64,000 nucleotides of DNA, from positions 994,751 to 1,058,750 of the forward strand of contig OZ316898.1 of NCBI GenBank assembly GCA_973895155.1, given 5' to 3'. A program made the translations under genes and the position numbers. Shown here piece after piece: positions 34,611 through 47,500 of this stretch (position 1 is its first letter; the number at the start of each line of letters is the position of its first letter). A model generated the notes under the pieces. That model did not search any database, was not told the origin of the DNA, and saw nothing but the letters and a program-made list of their open reading frames with translations. Source of the stretch: Marsupella aquatica. Its lineage: Eukaryota; Plantae; Marchantiophyta.

Positions 34611-37600
34611 AGGGTAACTAGCACATGGATTAAGATTTCCAGCCTTTTGCAATTCAGGCAAACTGCCAGCTATGGTCGGAACTTGAATTCAATGAATTGA
34701 TACAATTCATTCGATCAGACACTTATCTGGTTAATATGGTTTCAAATGGACTTGCCACGAATTGACTATTGACTCTCTTAGGTTGAGAATTTGGTTGCAT
34801 GAGGCGAAAAAGCCTGATTTTGACAACTGGTTCTGATATCACTATGTCAACTTCTATCTTCTGAAAGCTTAAGGTTTGCCCTTCTCCATTTGGTGAATAG
34901 TTGCGTCAAGGTCATGAGTCTATTAACCTCTAATTCAAAACTTGCCAAATTCAGACTTCAGTGAAATCTCCAAGATTTCCAATTATTTGAAAGTACATTG
35001 ACAAATCGGGGGGACAAATATTCTAAAGAGGACTCGGCTACTAGAAACCTCAGGGTTCCTTGTTGAGACAAGCAAATTTCTCAATTGATCTTGAGAAAGT
35101 AGTATTCTCAACTCAAATTGAGTGCCTGGGGCACTTCAATGGTCAAATATAGTGTCATTTAATGCCTAAATCGACTAACAAAAAAAATTGTGCCTTGGGT
35201 TTATTAATTAATGTTCTAAAATTAGTGAAAATATCTCATAGATCTTAAATATTTTAATGTATGCTAACAGAGCATTATGGACCACATTAGCCTCTCAAAA
35301 CGCAAACTAAAGGCCCTTATTTTCCTGTTCATTATGAAGAAGATTGCAAAATCACATTTGGATGAGTTAATTCATTTCTCCTATACTTTCACTAAAATTT
35401 GTAAAACTATCTCATCAGAATAATCTGTGATACCATAGCATTTTGGACCATAGCCTCTCACAACTTGAGTGAAAACTAATATTACGTACATTCTTTTTAC
35501 TCAAACAAGGCCAAAGAAATGTAGCCAGGGGGTCCACGAACTAATTTTTGTGGAAGTGAAACCCCCGAGGGTCAGAAGAAACACTATGATTTTTGTTATA
35601 TTTTGCCTTGACTCTATAAATAGAAGATTACCAAGGGAACGAAAGAAAATCTTAAGTTTGGCCACTATGGACAGAGGGATACCAAGGGAGCATATTAAGA
35701 AACCCTTTGGCTACTTTACCTCAGAGGAATTTGACTGGAAGCCCTAAAACCAACTGCCTTGACCCACCAAACAAAGGATAGTGAAATGCATGAGCCCTCC
35801 AAATAGGATCATGGCACCCATGATTAACAAAAGAAGCCAGTACTGAGGACCAAAGATGGGGGTGAGGCCTCTGCTAGCTGGACACAAAATACCCCACAGG
35901 CCCAAAGAAAATGGTCAAACAAGGTGCAAGAGTAAAAAAGATTGCAAGGTGAGTAAAAAGATTGGAAGGCAAGCTTGTGAGTAAAAAAGGTTCCCAAGGA
36001 GGCTCCTTCAGTTGAGTTGCCTTTGCAACAAATCAAAATGTTGTGCCCTCCAAATAGGATCGGCAATGACCACATCCCCAAGGGAATTGAAACCATAATA
36101 GGAGCCACTTGCATCAAACAACTACCATGGCAAGGAAAGCACAAGGAGCAGCAGAAACTACATACCTATGACATGCCAAGGCCTCCACCTGGCAAAGGCA
36201 GAGATTATGCCTATCAAGCTACGAAGGAACCGTCCTCCTCTCCATAAAGGGTCACGGGCCAATGAGGTGAACAAAAGCTCTCATCACTGTGGTATCAAAT
36301 GAAGAGAGCAAAGACAAAAAAAACACAGTCTGGAGTTGGGGGCAGTCCAAAGAAGATATGATGTGTTCTGAACAAAGAATTGGACCAGAATCATGAACTA
36401 ATTAAGTCAACCTGGACATCCCCCCTGCACTGCCACCAGCTGGCCCATGTACACAATTCAATATGATAAGAAATAGTTGTCTGCAGGAAAAATCTTGCAC
36501 AGCAGCCTTTGCTCCAAAAGACACCCCCAAGACCCAAAGGGTAGCACCAACAAGGTTTGCACAACTGATTTTTCTGTGGAGGGTTTTGTTCCCTTGCCAC
36601 CTCTTCTTGGGGGCCACTCTTCAAGCTTACATCTTGTGAAAAAACAGGGTCTTCTAATTCATTTGAGAAAGACTGATTAATTGATATTCATCTTCAAACA
36701 AGAGAAGGTGAACAAGAAGGTGAAGCCTAGATAGACTCCACATTTGCAAAAACTCTCAGTTAAACATACTGTTTAGTAGACTTTCTTTTCTGCTCAGATG
36801 AAATTTGGCAATGTTGGGCTTTTGGTATTATTGGAAAGACCTTTCCCAGGCTCTTTGAATGAAGCCAAACATTAACACACAATTTTGCTTCATGTCAAGG
36901 GAGAAACTGAAGGTCAAACTTTGTTGATTACAAAATTCTGAAAGCTAGTTAGACGAGTAGAAGTGACTGACAATTTAATTAAAGAGTGTCATGTTTCCCC
37001 GCATGTTTTACGGCAATCATATAGTTCACAAGATTGGTCCATCCAGGCTTCAGATCTGGAAACTTATTTGGATTTGAATAAGAGAAAATTAAATGTCATG
37101 TGCCATCATATGATTGATTTAGAGCTACCTCTATGGAAATTGTACACTTTCACACTCGATGGGGAATGCCTCCAATAGTGAAGCCACCCCTACGTCTCAC
37201 TTCAAAGAAATGGGAAGGACATGTAGGAGGCACGAGCATGCCCTGCCTTACTTGTACATGGGAAGAAACTATTGACATGGTGCATACCGAATTTTAGTCA
37301 GGCATAAAGATTGACGGGGATAATGGGCTGACTTGCACGTGGGAGAGCAGGTTGGGCTGTATGTTCCCCTCCCGTCAGGCCAAGATTCCAGTCAGACGGG
37401 ATTTCAGCCAGACCAAAAAACATTTAGGGTACTAACCAACAAAACAGAAAATAAAATCTCTCAGCAGGGCAAAGCATAAGCCACGCACTAGGAAATCAAA
37501 CTTTACTAGTCAAAGTTGAATTATCTCCTATGCTCCCAAGTTTGGGATTATGCTACAAATTTGATGTAGAGAATACTGAGAAGTTGAAGCGGGTTTCTAG

Positions 37601-40086
37601 AAAGTGAATAGAGATGGAAAGAAATTATTAGTTCTTGGCAGGAGAATAAAGGCCAATTGGGACTGGTTTTTGAAAGGGCGTAATGTGCCAACACTAACTA
37701 GGTTTAGGCCTAAATTTTCAATTTTTTTCTTCCACAACTAAGAGGACCTATGAAATTTTTGTTTGGTTGGGTGCAGTGTTCTTTGGCCCCTCCTTCTTTC
37801 TCCTTGATACAATTTAATATCATTTTGAGATGATTTGTGAATTTCTCCTTTGCCTTACGATTACTTCATTAATGTAATTGAAATCAATTCCCTGTCTCTG
37901 GGTGTGCTGTTTGTGAAACTGCAATGGGGTTATTTTAATTGGGCAAACACATTGTGGTTGTTTCATGTAGTCTTCTGTGAGTGGGAGAGGAGAGAGGGCA
38001 TATTGCTTGTCTGTTTCCAAACTGTGGTACAAGTGCATAATCTCCAGACTATGTTGATGTTGGGCTGTCTTCTGAATTTCTTTGTTACTAATTATTTGAA
38101 TTTTGGCTCTAGTTGATCATAGGCTGTGAGAGGGGTCTCTTGGGCAAGAGGCTCAGATTTAGGGTGGTTTGGAAACTCCAAAATTCTTCATGCCTGAGTT
38201 TTTGGAGCAGAGAAATTGAGAATATGGTATTGAGAAGGGTCCAGAATTCTGCACCTTGAATGCAATGGCTAATTAACAAGAGGCATAGTTCTCTCTTTGG
38301 GGGCAAAGGAATGATATCCGAGCTAGTTCCTTTAATATCTAGAAAACTTGATTGCAAATTCAGGAGGCTGAATTTGAGTAAGTGGCAGCTGGTAATGGCA
38401 TTGGAAGGCTAGGGCAGGGGTGGATGGGTAATGAGGATACAAAGGGGAGATGACAGGTAAAAGTTTTGGATAGAAAGTAATGTGGGCATCCTTCCACCTA
38501 ATTAACACCACAATTATTTGAGTCTTTGAGGTGGGTTTTAAAGTACCTTGATCTGATTATTGCATGATTAATATTATCAGCTGTACAGACCAGTGATGTC
38601 ATCAATTTGATGATTTAGGTCCTGGTCTCTATATTCTTGCAAGTGTGGTACAGGCAGAAAAAGTACAAGATTGCTCATTATAAGAATCAAGATTGCCTTA
38701 TGTGGTGAATGTTAACCCACCTGCCCTAGGGAATCAATTAGTGTAATGTAAAAGTCCCTAAAACTACGTGCAAACAAAGTAATACAATGAGAGTTGGTTA
38801 TGTGGTCCTAGTCTTTTGACCAACCAACCTGCCTACCAAACTGAGTCATCAAACTTTGATGTTACAAACTCAAACTAATATCCAGGTTATAAGTGAGCTC
38901 CAATGTGAGCTGACATTCATAGATCTTTTGCAGATATAGTCATTTGGAAATCTAGCATATTAGAATAGAGAAAGCTACAAAAACCAAATGCAATGAACAC
39001 TTGGCTCCTCTAGTCAAACACTTGGTTGAAACCTTGAACTGTCGCATGAATTCAATTTTTTTATACTAGTTAACTATAGCCTTCTATAGATTAATTCTGA
39101 CCTTGTAAGCAAATTTGGTGACATTCAGATTTATTTTGAATGTAGTACAAATACCATGTCCTTAAAAGACAGTCCTGTTAGCTAACTCTCATGTGACATT
39201 GAGTTAAATAAGAGTTTTGGTTTAGTCTTTCCAATATGGCCTCAATTTTGGGCTGTCCTGGAAATCAATCCATTGAACTAGCTAACTTATTGAAGGATTG
39301 ACATTGATCAGTATCCTCATAGGATCTCTGACACGAGTAGGTTCCTTGGCAACAATTCTTGGAGTGCACCAAATCTAACATATTTCCAACAAGTTTCCAT
39401 TGATGTTTTTAGAGGGATTGAATTTACGACTTAATTGGGAACCAGTTAGCTTGGAGCCCTAGCCTGACAATGTGATAATTGTACATTCATTTTAATTAAC
39501 CACCAATTCTATAATCATCTTTGAGGACAAGGGTACATTCCAAAATGGATTTTCTAGTGCTTGTAAGTGGGAAAAATGTGACCAGGAATTTTTTGATATG
39601 TTAGCTTGGAAGAGATTGCCTTGGGGATCTCCTTTACCTTGAACCAAAACTAAGTTCCCAGGCTCGATCCTAGGATATAGTGAGCTTCTGTATGTGTACC
39701 AAGAACTTCTCACAAGATGCTCAGGGAGATCTCTTCCAAGACAATATCACCATCAACAAACAACCTCTTGTCCGGCCTCTTGTAGCCACTCAGGCAAGTA
39801 GTTGGGGTTGGGTCGGGGGTTGGGTGTCCAAAGCTTCTCATTTGAGTATATTATCACTCAGAAAGCTCAGTGGACTAGAGTCCTAAGTATCCTCCAACTT
39901 TTCTTGAGCTTGGGGTACATGCAAGTCTTAGCAAAAATTGGGCTTGTAAGTTGTATCATGATTCCAGAAACATACACAGGGAAGCTAGTTGCCAAAGCTG
40001 AAGAGGACCGAAAACTAGCAAAGATAAATTGATTTGTACCTGATCAATAAATTTTATCATCCATACCTAGTCAGCAACCGCAACAA

Positions 40087-41654
40087 GTGGAGATGGTGCA
40101 CAAGTCTGCAATGCAAACTGCAGATGGGTCGGACTTGCTTGAGCTCCAGAAGGTTGCGTCAATGTCAAGCATGCAAGACAAACAAAAGGCATCTTTGAGT
40201 TTAGGCAGGTCAGACTTGCTTGAGCTCCAGAAGGCTGCTTTGTCAAGCATCAAATGCACACAAAACTTGTCCTCAGATGTAGCTTCAAATTCAGTGTCTC
40301 CAATTCTGCTTGCTGGAGGTAGGGATCTGCTTGAATTGCAAAAAGTGGCTCTACTAAGCATGAACAGAACTGCCCAAACCTTCACTGCACCTTTCAATGC
40401 AGATGCGGACAAAAAATGGCCCAAACACCATCATCAACACAACAAATTATTGCTCCTATTGCATCACCCCAGCACAATGGAGAATCTGACTTATGCGAAC
40501 TACAAAAGGCAGCCCTAAGAAGTCCAAGGAGCATCTCAAAAGCACCCACTTCTGCCCCAGCACCTGAGCAATCCAAGAGAGGTGGAGACTTAACATTGGA
40601 AATGCAAAAGATTGCACCATATAGTATGTTAAAACAAGGAGCTCCAACTGCATCCCTAGCAGTAGTGACCCAAAAAACTCAAGGGGGAGACTTGTTGGGA
40701 CTGCAACAATTACCTTTGAGTAAGATTCCAAACCAAACAAACCCCTCTCCAGCACCTCAATACATTGAGAGAGGAGCAGACTTCAAAGACTTCAAAGACT
40801 TCAAAGACCTACAAAAAAAGAATCTTCCAAGTATTCCAAGACAAACACCTCTAGCCAAAAATCATCATCAAGGTAGAGAAGGTGGGGACTTGCTGGAACT
40901 TCATGAAGAAACTTTGGCAAAAATGAGCTATGGCAACTTAGGGCCAGGTCATGGAGCAAGAGTCATGCTTGAGGATACAAAGGGGAATCGGATATTGGAC
41001 ATAGAAGGGGGTGACCGTGGAGGTACATCATCATCCTCACCTCATGTGCTTAGTACATTGCATGCTATGGGACCCTTGGATATATTGTTACTGCAGGAGT
41101 TATCATGGAAAGACAAAGCTCTGCAATCTGCCTATAGAACAATTGAAGAAAAAGATCAATGTCTTCATGAGTATGAGGCTTCACTGGCTAGTGCTCTAAC
41201 CTTACTGGAGTGCATGAATGTGAGATGCACAGATGCTGAAAAGGAGATTGCAAAAGTTCTCACTGAAATTGAGGAGATCTTTGGGACCCTCATAGTAACC
41301 TGTAATGTTGTTGAATATTTTGACTGCTTGGTTCCTCAATGTGCAAAAAACATTCACTCTTCAGAGGGGCCTGGCATGTCAGTAGAAGCACCAGATAATA
41401 GTCATTTGGTTTTTGGTACAGAGATAAATGGATTGGAAACTAATCAGATTGAAGTAGATGAATGTAAAAATTTGGTAGAAGAACTTGTTCAGGAGTTGGG
41501 CAACATGGAGGCAGCTCACAAAGAAGTAAAACAAAGTTTGGAGTTACAAATACAAAGATACAAACAATTGATTGTTGAGCTGCAACAACGTGACAAAGCT
41601 CCTCTCATAGTTGAAGGAGGCACATGCGAGGCCACATGTGATCTTGATATATGA
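40087..41654 (+). pseudogene. Unknown protein with ~8 G-x-DLLELQK repeats and C-terminal coiled-coil; probable frameshift near 40411-40416
   Basis: Overlapping ORFs 40087-40518 and 40416-41654 carry the same repeat motif (GSDLLELQK, GRSDLLELQK, GRDLLELQK, GESDLCELQK, GGDLTLEMQK, GGDLLGLQQ, GADFKD..DLQK, GGDLLELHE). The frame switch falls at an A6 run. The C-terminus is E/K/L-rich and heptad-like. No family recognised. Confidence 0.55.
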
Positions 41655-41924
41655 AAATTGAAGTGACTGGTAAAGGAAATACAGGTAACCGGGCAAAACA
41701 AAATCTAACTATGTGATCAAACAGGCTTTCAAAGATCCAATTGACCAGGGTGTTGGGCATTTAAGTAAGTGGTCAACCCAATTCATGAAAACCCAAGTGA
41801 TCAGCCAAAAGGGGATATATGTGACCAAATTTGTGAAGATTCAACTGACCAGGCTATTGGAAACTATATGTGACCAGACTAGTGACATATGACTGTGACC
41901 GTTGCAAGGCAATGAGAATCCATG

Positions 41925-42279
41925 TGACAAGGCCAAATACACTATCAAAAAGAAAATTGGAGGAAGGACAAACTGTTGGAGTAGCTACAACATGATCTGC
42001 AAGCTCTAAAGAACGAACAGACCCAGAAACGGATTAAATTATACAAGTTCAACAAAATGATGACCTGGAATTAAGTGAGGTAAGTAGTGGTAGGTTGCAA
42101 TTGACAAGGCCAAATACACTATCAAAAAGAAAATTGGAGGAAGGACAAACTGTTGGAGTAGCTACAACATGATCTGCAAGCTCTAAAGAACGAACAGACC
42201 CAGAACGGATTCAATTATACAAGTTCAACAAAATGATGACCTGGAATTAAGTGAGGTAAGTAGTGGTAGGTTGCAATTG
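41925..42279. repeat. 177-bp near-perfect tandem duplication
   Basis: TGACAAGGCCAAATACACTATC...GGTAGGTTGCAAT starts at 41925 and again at 42102. Confidence 0.92.
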
Positions 42280-42809
42280 AAGGCCAAAGAGCTTGGTGTA
42301 CCTCAACTATTACATTAACTAAGGGCCGACTGGCATGTAGAAGGTCCTCAAAAAAGAGGCCCTTAAGTTAATTAATGCAATCTATGAGTGAACAAGACAT
42401 CCATGTCTCAAATCCATCGAGGCAGGGCTGGCAGCAGCATTTCAGCATATTCAAGGGCCAGTAGTTCCCGGCCCATCAAGTCTCCACCTTCAAATTTCTC
42501 ATAAAACAAATAAAGGTTCTCCTTAGCTGATTCTGTGAAATTTCCAATGCACTTTTATCAACAATGTATGAGTGGTAAGGAACTATTTTTTCAGGAGCTT
42601 CTACATGCAATATGACCCTAAATTTATGTATGGAAAAAGTTATGGTCTATCAAATTCATGATATATAACTTTTTGTGAACTGACATGCTTCTATCAACTT
42701 TGCATATCAAGTTATGTATTCCTTATGACAAAAAGTTATATATCATGAGATATAATTATCAAATTTTCCAAAAACTCGGAGTCATTTTGTAATGAAAGCC
42801 ATATTCACC

Positions 42810-44245
42810 TGTGAGACTGACACTTTGAGAGGCTCTGCTCACATCCAAGTGATCTCTCACCCTAGTGGCTACTTGGGCAGGTGAGGTCTTAGGACAATCT
42901 TGCATTGTGAGACTGACACTTTTTTGAGAGGCTCTGCTTACATCCAAGTGATCTCACCCTAGTGGCTACTTGGGCAGGTGAGGTCTTAGGGCCATCGTGC
43001 ATGTAGAAGGTCTTGAAAACCCCCTGCCTGTGCACCTCCTGTAGGTACTTGAGGATATTATATTAGTCCATTAGGGGTCGCGCACCTCCAAACTTGATGG
43101 TTACCTTTATTGACACCAAAACTTATGGACTACCAAATTCATAAAACTTAATTTTATGTTATAAAGAATTATGGTAAGCATGAAGAATGTGAGTCAATTT
43201 TTATTTCTTTAAAAAACCCTATGGAAGACGTATAGGCCTTATTTTTATGGCCAAAACCCATCACCTGTAACAGTGGCTCTTGAAGAGGCCCTCTTGACAT
43301 CCCAGTGATGTCACCCTGATGGCCACGTCACCAGGTTTGGGCAGGACCTCGGCAGGTGAGGTCCTGGTATCAAACCCGGCCCCACCACTTGTGCACCTAC
43401 TGTAGGTACGTTATAGTAATGCTGACAGATATATTAGTCCAATTATGGGGCCTCACAAACCTCTACACTTTTACAGTTCCTGGGTATGTGACAGGTCCTG
43501 GTATCACACCGAGTGACCGAGCCCCACCACTGTCACACTGTGCACCTACTGTAGGTATGATACAGTAATCTTGACAAATATATTATTACTCCGATTAGGC
43601 GGCCTCACAATCCTAGTGCACCTGGGCGTGTGACCGGTACTGGTATCAAACCAGGCCCCACTACCTGTGCACCTATGGTAGGTACGTTACAATAATCTTG
43701 ACAAATATATTAGTCTAGGTAGAGAGCCTCACAGGCATTCCCTACTGCACCTCAGCATGTGACAGGTCCTGGTATAGAACCCGCCCCCACCTCCTGTGAA
43801 CCTATTGTAGGTACGTTCCAGGAATGTTGTCAGATGAGCCTCATGACACGTTCCTTTAAAAGCAAATAGACATGAGGAGTAAACTTGCAAAAAAAACAAA
43901 TTATGTTTTTTTTGGTTCATCTTTGTCCTCGTTTTGCTTATACTCTCATTTTCATTTGTCCTTAGTTAGAGTCAATGTGTGTATGTTTCAATCGAGAGTT
44001 ACCATCTAGACACTAGGCCCAACGAGCAGCTAACAATTTATGTTATTTTCTGTTCATCTTTGTCCTTGTTTTGTTTGCACCCTCATTTAGTCATTTTCAT
44101 TTATGCTCTTAGTTAGAGTCAATGTGTGTATGTTTCAATCTAAAGTCATCATCTAGACACTATGCCCAACGAGTAGCTTTTCATAGTGGTTTCTTAGTTA
44201 GATATAATATATTAGTCCAATTAGGGGGCCTTACAAACCACTACA
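42810..44245. repeat. Cluster of tandem repeats: ~97 bp x2, ~120-140 bp x5-6, ~137 bp x2
   Basis: GTGAGACTGACAC...GGGCAGGTGAGGTCTTAGG occurs twice (42811, 42907). GGTCCTGGTATCA...TGTGCACCTACTGTAGGTA...ATATATTAGTCCA is repeated over 43020-43830 with a remnant at 44207. TTCATCTTTGTCCT...TTAGTTAGAGTCAATGTGTGTATGTTTCAATC...CCCAACGAG occurs twice. Confidence 0.8.
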
Positions 44246-45189
44246 GTACTAATGCCCTACCACATGGGTCGGTGCGCTCCCAGGAATGGGCTTGAAAAGG
44301 ATGTGCACTGGTGAGGTCAGCGCACCTTTCTGTAATATTATAGAGTGTGGGCCCAATAATGCAGTCATGCTCCTGGCTTTTCACCCGAGACTTGGCCCTT
44401 TTGGCACTTGTACTTAGGAGGTACTGTAGAGCCCTCACGAGCTCGTGGAATGTGCTCCTGTACTTATTGTGAATCTAGGGCCCTCACTGTTGTAGCTCGG
44501 AAATCAGCTATATATGGTCTACTTAGTATATAGCAAACAAACTAAAGTGCCACTGAAGAGCAAACTGAACTGAATACTACAGTAGGTAAACTTTCTACGA
44601 CCAAGAGTAATTTGTCTAGAGTACCTGAAAAATTATTTTTATGGTAATCTGGTCTAATCTATGCTTTTGTCATCTATTATTTAGAACTTAATCATTTCAT
44701 CCGCCCCTTTAATTTTTTATTTCATTAGGTGTAATAGGTTCCTTATGTTTTATTTACCATTTCAAGTGCATTTTTCTTTATCTGCGTGAGAAACCAGGCA
44801 ACTAAATTTCTATATATTGATGCAGTGCAGTGCAGTGCAGCTTATATGTTGGTTATAAGATTTATGGATCAACTCACTTACATAGGAGCCAAGTGCCCCT
44901 CCAAATAGAAAAAAATAAAAATGAACAAAGGTAGTGTACTTCTCTTTGAATCACAAAGTATTGTACACACACAAATACATTGGTAGACTAGTACATTCAA
45001 ATGAATGCTACATTGACTAAACAAGTACATTCATACATTGACTAGACTAGACTAGTAATGCACTTGTCTCACTCCGTACTTCTCTCATTTTTAAAAAAAG
45101 TGTGCATGTTTTATATATATATATTTGTAATATTTGTGTTTCATAAGCTAGTCAAACTAAAATGTCTCTTCAAATGAACTCTCATAGTA

Positions 45190-45540
45190 AATGATTGTTT
45201 CAATTCTTTTCCATAAGTCAAGTCAAAATAGGTATCTATTCTTATAATGATTGTTTCAATTCTTTCTCATAAATCAAAATAGATATGTACTCTTATAATG
45301 ATTGTTTCAATTATTTTCTATAAATCAAAATAGGTATGTATTAGGATGAACATGCTATATTAGTGAGAGGCAATTGGAGGCTATTGTCTAGAGTGAGTCT
45401 TTCAGACTTTGACTCCAACTTAGGGAATAACTGAAAGTGAGGGTCCTGACAAAAAACAAGGATGAGGGCAAACTTTAACTCTAAGTCAGGGTGTAACTGA
45501 AAGTGAGGGTCCCGACAAAAAGCAAGGATGGGAGCAAAGA
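45190..45540. repeat. Short tandem repeats (~50 bp x3 and ~68 bp x2)
   Basis: AATGATTGTTTCAATT.TTTT..ATAA.TCAA occurs three times. TAACTGAAAGTGAGGGTCC.GACAAAAA.CAAGGATG occurs twice. Confidence 0.8.
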
Positions 45541-46486
45541 TAAGATGAAATAGTATGGAGTCATTTTGTGGGGTCTTGGTAACTGCACATCAAAATATGA
45601 CATCAAAATATGACATATACTACATCCCTCTATACCATAATAAACCTCATTATTTTCTTTAAATCAATGTGCATACCATATACTAATGTGTGATTACCGG
45701 CAGGGCTTTTTGTGTGTAACCTTTTTTTTTCTCCTCCTCTTTGTTTGCATTCAAGGGACAAGTAATCTGGCTAGATGAAATGAAAAGATTAGTGGGTTGC
45801 ATTGATGTGGTGAGGTGGTGCCACTCATCAGCCTTTCTTTGGTGGCAAACATTTACAAGATTACTCTTCCTCACATTTGGCAGACCTAGCCAGACCCAAT
45901 CTAATGGTCATCTACACACCATCAGAAAGCAATCTACTACAATAGACAAGTAACACCACACTGGCGAAAAAAGAAAAAAGGAAATTAGTTTGTGGACCCC
46001 TTGGTTAATAAAATCAGGGGGAAGAGTCGATCTGAGCCGTCTCCATTTCTTATCTCCAGAAATCTCGTCCGTCCATCATAATGGCCAATCTATGGCTCAA
46101 AAGAAATATCTCAAATAGATCTATGGATGTGTTCTGTCCGTTTTGTAAATGGGTTAATATTTTTCAAATGAAAAATTAAACAAATCCAAGCCTTCCTAGC
46201 CGTCGATTTTGTTGATTTTACGATCTTTGCCGTCCATTTTATAATGCCTCTAGAAATCTTATTCATCCATGTTAGAAGGCGATCTAGGGTGCAAAAGAAA
46301 GATCTCAATGAGATCTACGACTGAGTATTTTTTGTTTTGAGAATGAGTAAATAGTTTTGAGTATAAAATTCGATGAACTTTCAAGATTCCAGCCATTCCT
46401 TCTCCTTGATCCTGAGTTTCTATGTGCTCTTCCCAGCATTAATGGCCATACAATATGAGAGGTCCTTACATATCGGGAGTTGCAAT

Positions 46487-46828
46487 TTAACAAGGAAGTT
46501 ATCAAGTTAACTATTAGTCATTATTTATTATATGAAAAATACTTTTTATAAATCTTTGAATTTAAGTTTTAAAATTGGAAATGTAACTAAAATGATTACA
46601 TAGTGACCGTTTTAATCGTCTTACTCTTTGCATTTCCAATGTTTTTACTTTTCTTTTTACGGTGCGGCATACCAAAATTTACACCCAAATTGATACAAAC
46701 ACGAATGAAAACTATAAATTTGATTCACAAAATCGACGAGTCTTGTTTGTTGCAGTTGTTGTTGACATGGCAAGCTATGGTGCCAGGAATTTTAGAAGGG
46801 ACCTCTAGTGGGGTCCGTAAAGAACACT
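46487..46828 (-). repeat. Inverted copy of 34272-34610 (putative truncated right TIR)
   Basis: Reverse complement reads TTACGGACCCCA..AGAGGTCCCTTC.AAAATTCCTGGCA...GCCATGTCAACAACAAC.GCAACAAACAAGACT...AACTTGATAA.TT.CTTGTTAA, colinear with the 34-kb copy. Confidence 0.88.
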
Positions 46829-47500
46829 TGAAAACGGTGGCCCTCGAGGGAAAGAAGAAGCAAAGGGGCAAGAAGAAAGATAACAAGCAGAAGACGAGCG
46901 ATGTGGCTGACGACAATAATGTCGAAGAACCTCAGGTCCCAAAAGAGGAGATCTATGGAAAGGATGAGAAAGCAATGAAATTGAAGGGCCCGTTGAAGGG
47001 ATGAGGGTGTCTCCAGAAAGGAAAAGCCAAGGAAAAGCAGCTGAGAGGGTGGCTGCCTTTCCGCCTCCAATGAGAATGGTGTCCACCCGGTCGAAAGTAG
47101 AGCCTGTAATGGTGGGGAGAAGAGCCTGTACTGAGGCCGTGAGGGAGGCTCCATCGACGAGCTATGACCTTAACATCCCTTCCAGCTGCCACCCTGAAAG
47201 CTTATCTTCTTTAGTGTCTCTAATTGAATTTCATGACTGAATTGCTTTTGCAATGCAATCGTTTTGACATCGTTACTGACTCAAGGAGATTCGTTTTGAC
47301 ATCGTTACTGACTGCAGGAGATTCGTGGATTGCAACGGTTATGGAGATGCGGATTTCGGAGATGAAGAGTCTCTCGAGGGAGCCGTCAAGATGAATTTCG
47401 GAGATGAAGAGTCTCTCAAGGGAGCCGTCAAGATGAACCAAACGCCTCCTCTACTGGGGAGGCCGATGAAGGTTACATGTTCTGTTCCCCAAAACGAAGT
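46829..47500 (+). pseudogene. Degraded fragment of an RRM RNA-binding protein gene (K/E-rich region plus RRM C-terminal half)
   Basis: GYGDADFGDEESLEGAVKMN..QTPPLLGRPMKVTCSVP resembles RNP1-alpha2-beta4 of an RRM. An upstream stretch reads KKKQRGKKKDNK..EEPQVPKEE. It is disrupted by stops and internal 30- and 39-bp duplications. Confidence 0.5.

Noticed and set aside
43020-43830. Repeat array as CRISPR
   Set aside because: Units are long, degenerate and homologous throughout, with no unique spacers.
46603-47004. 133-aa ORF with hydrophobic N-terminus
   Set aside because: Its first half is the non-coding inverted repeat read through into a gene fragment, so it is a chimeric artefact.
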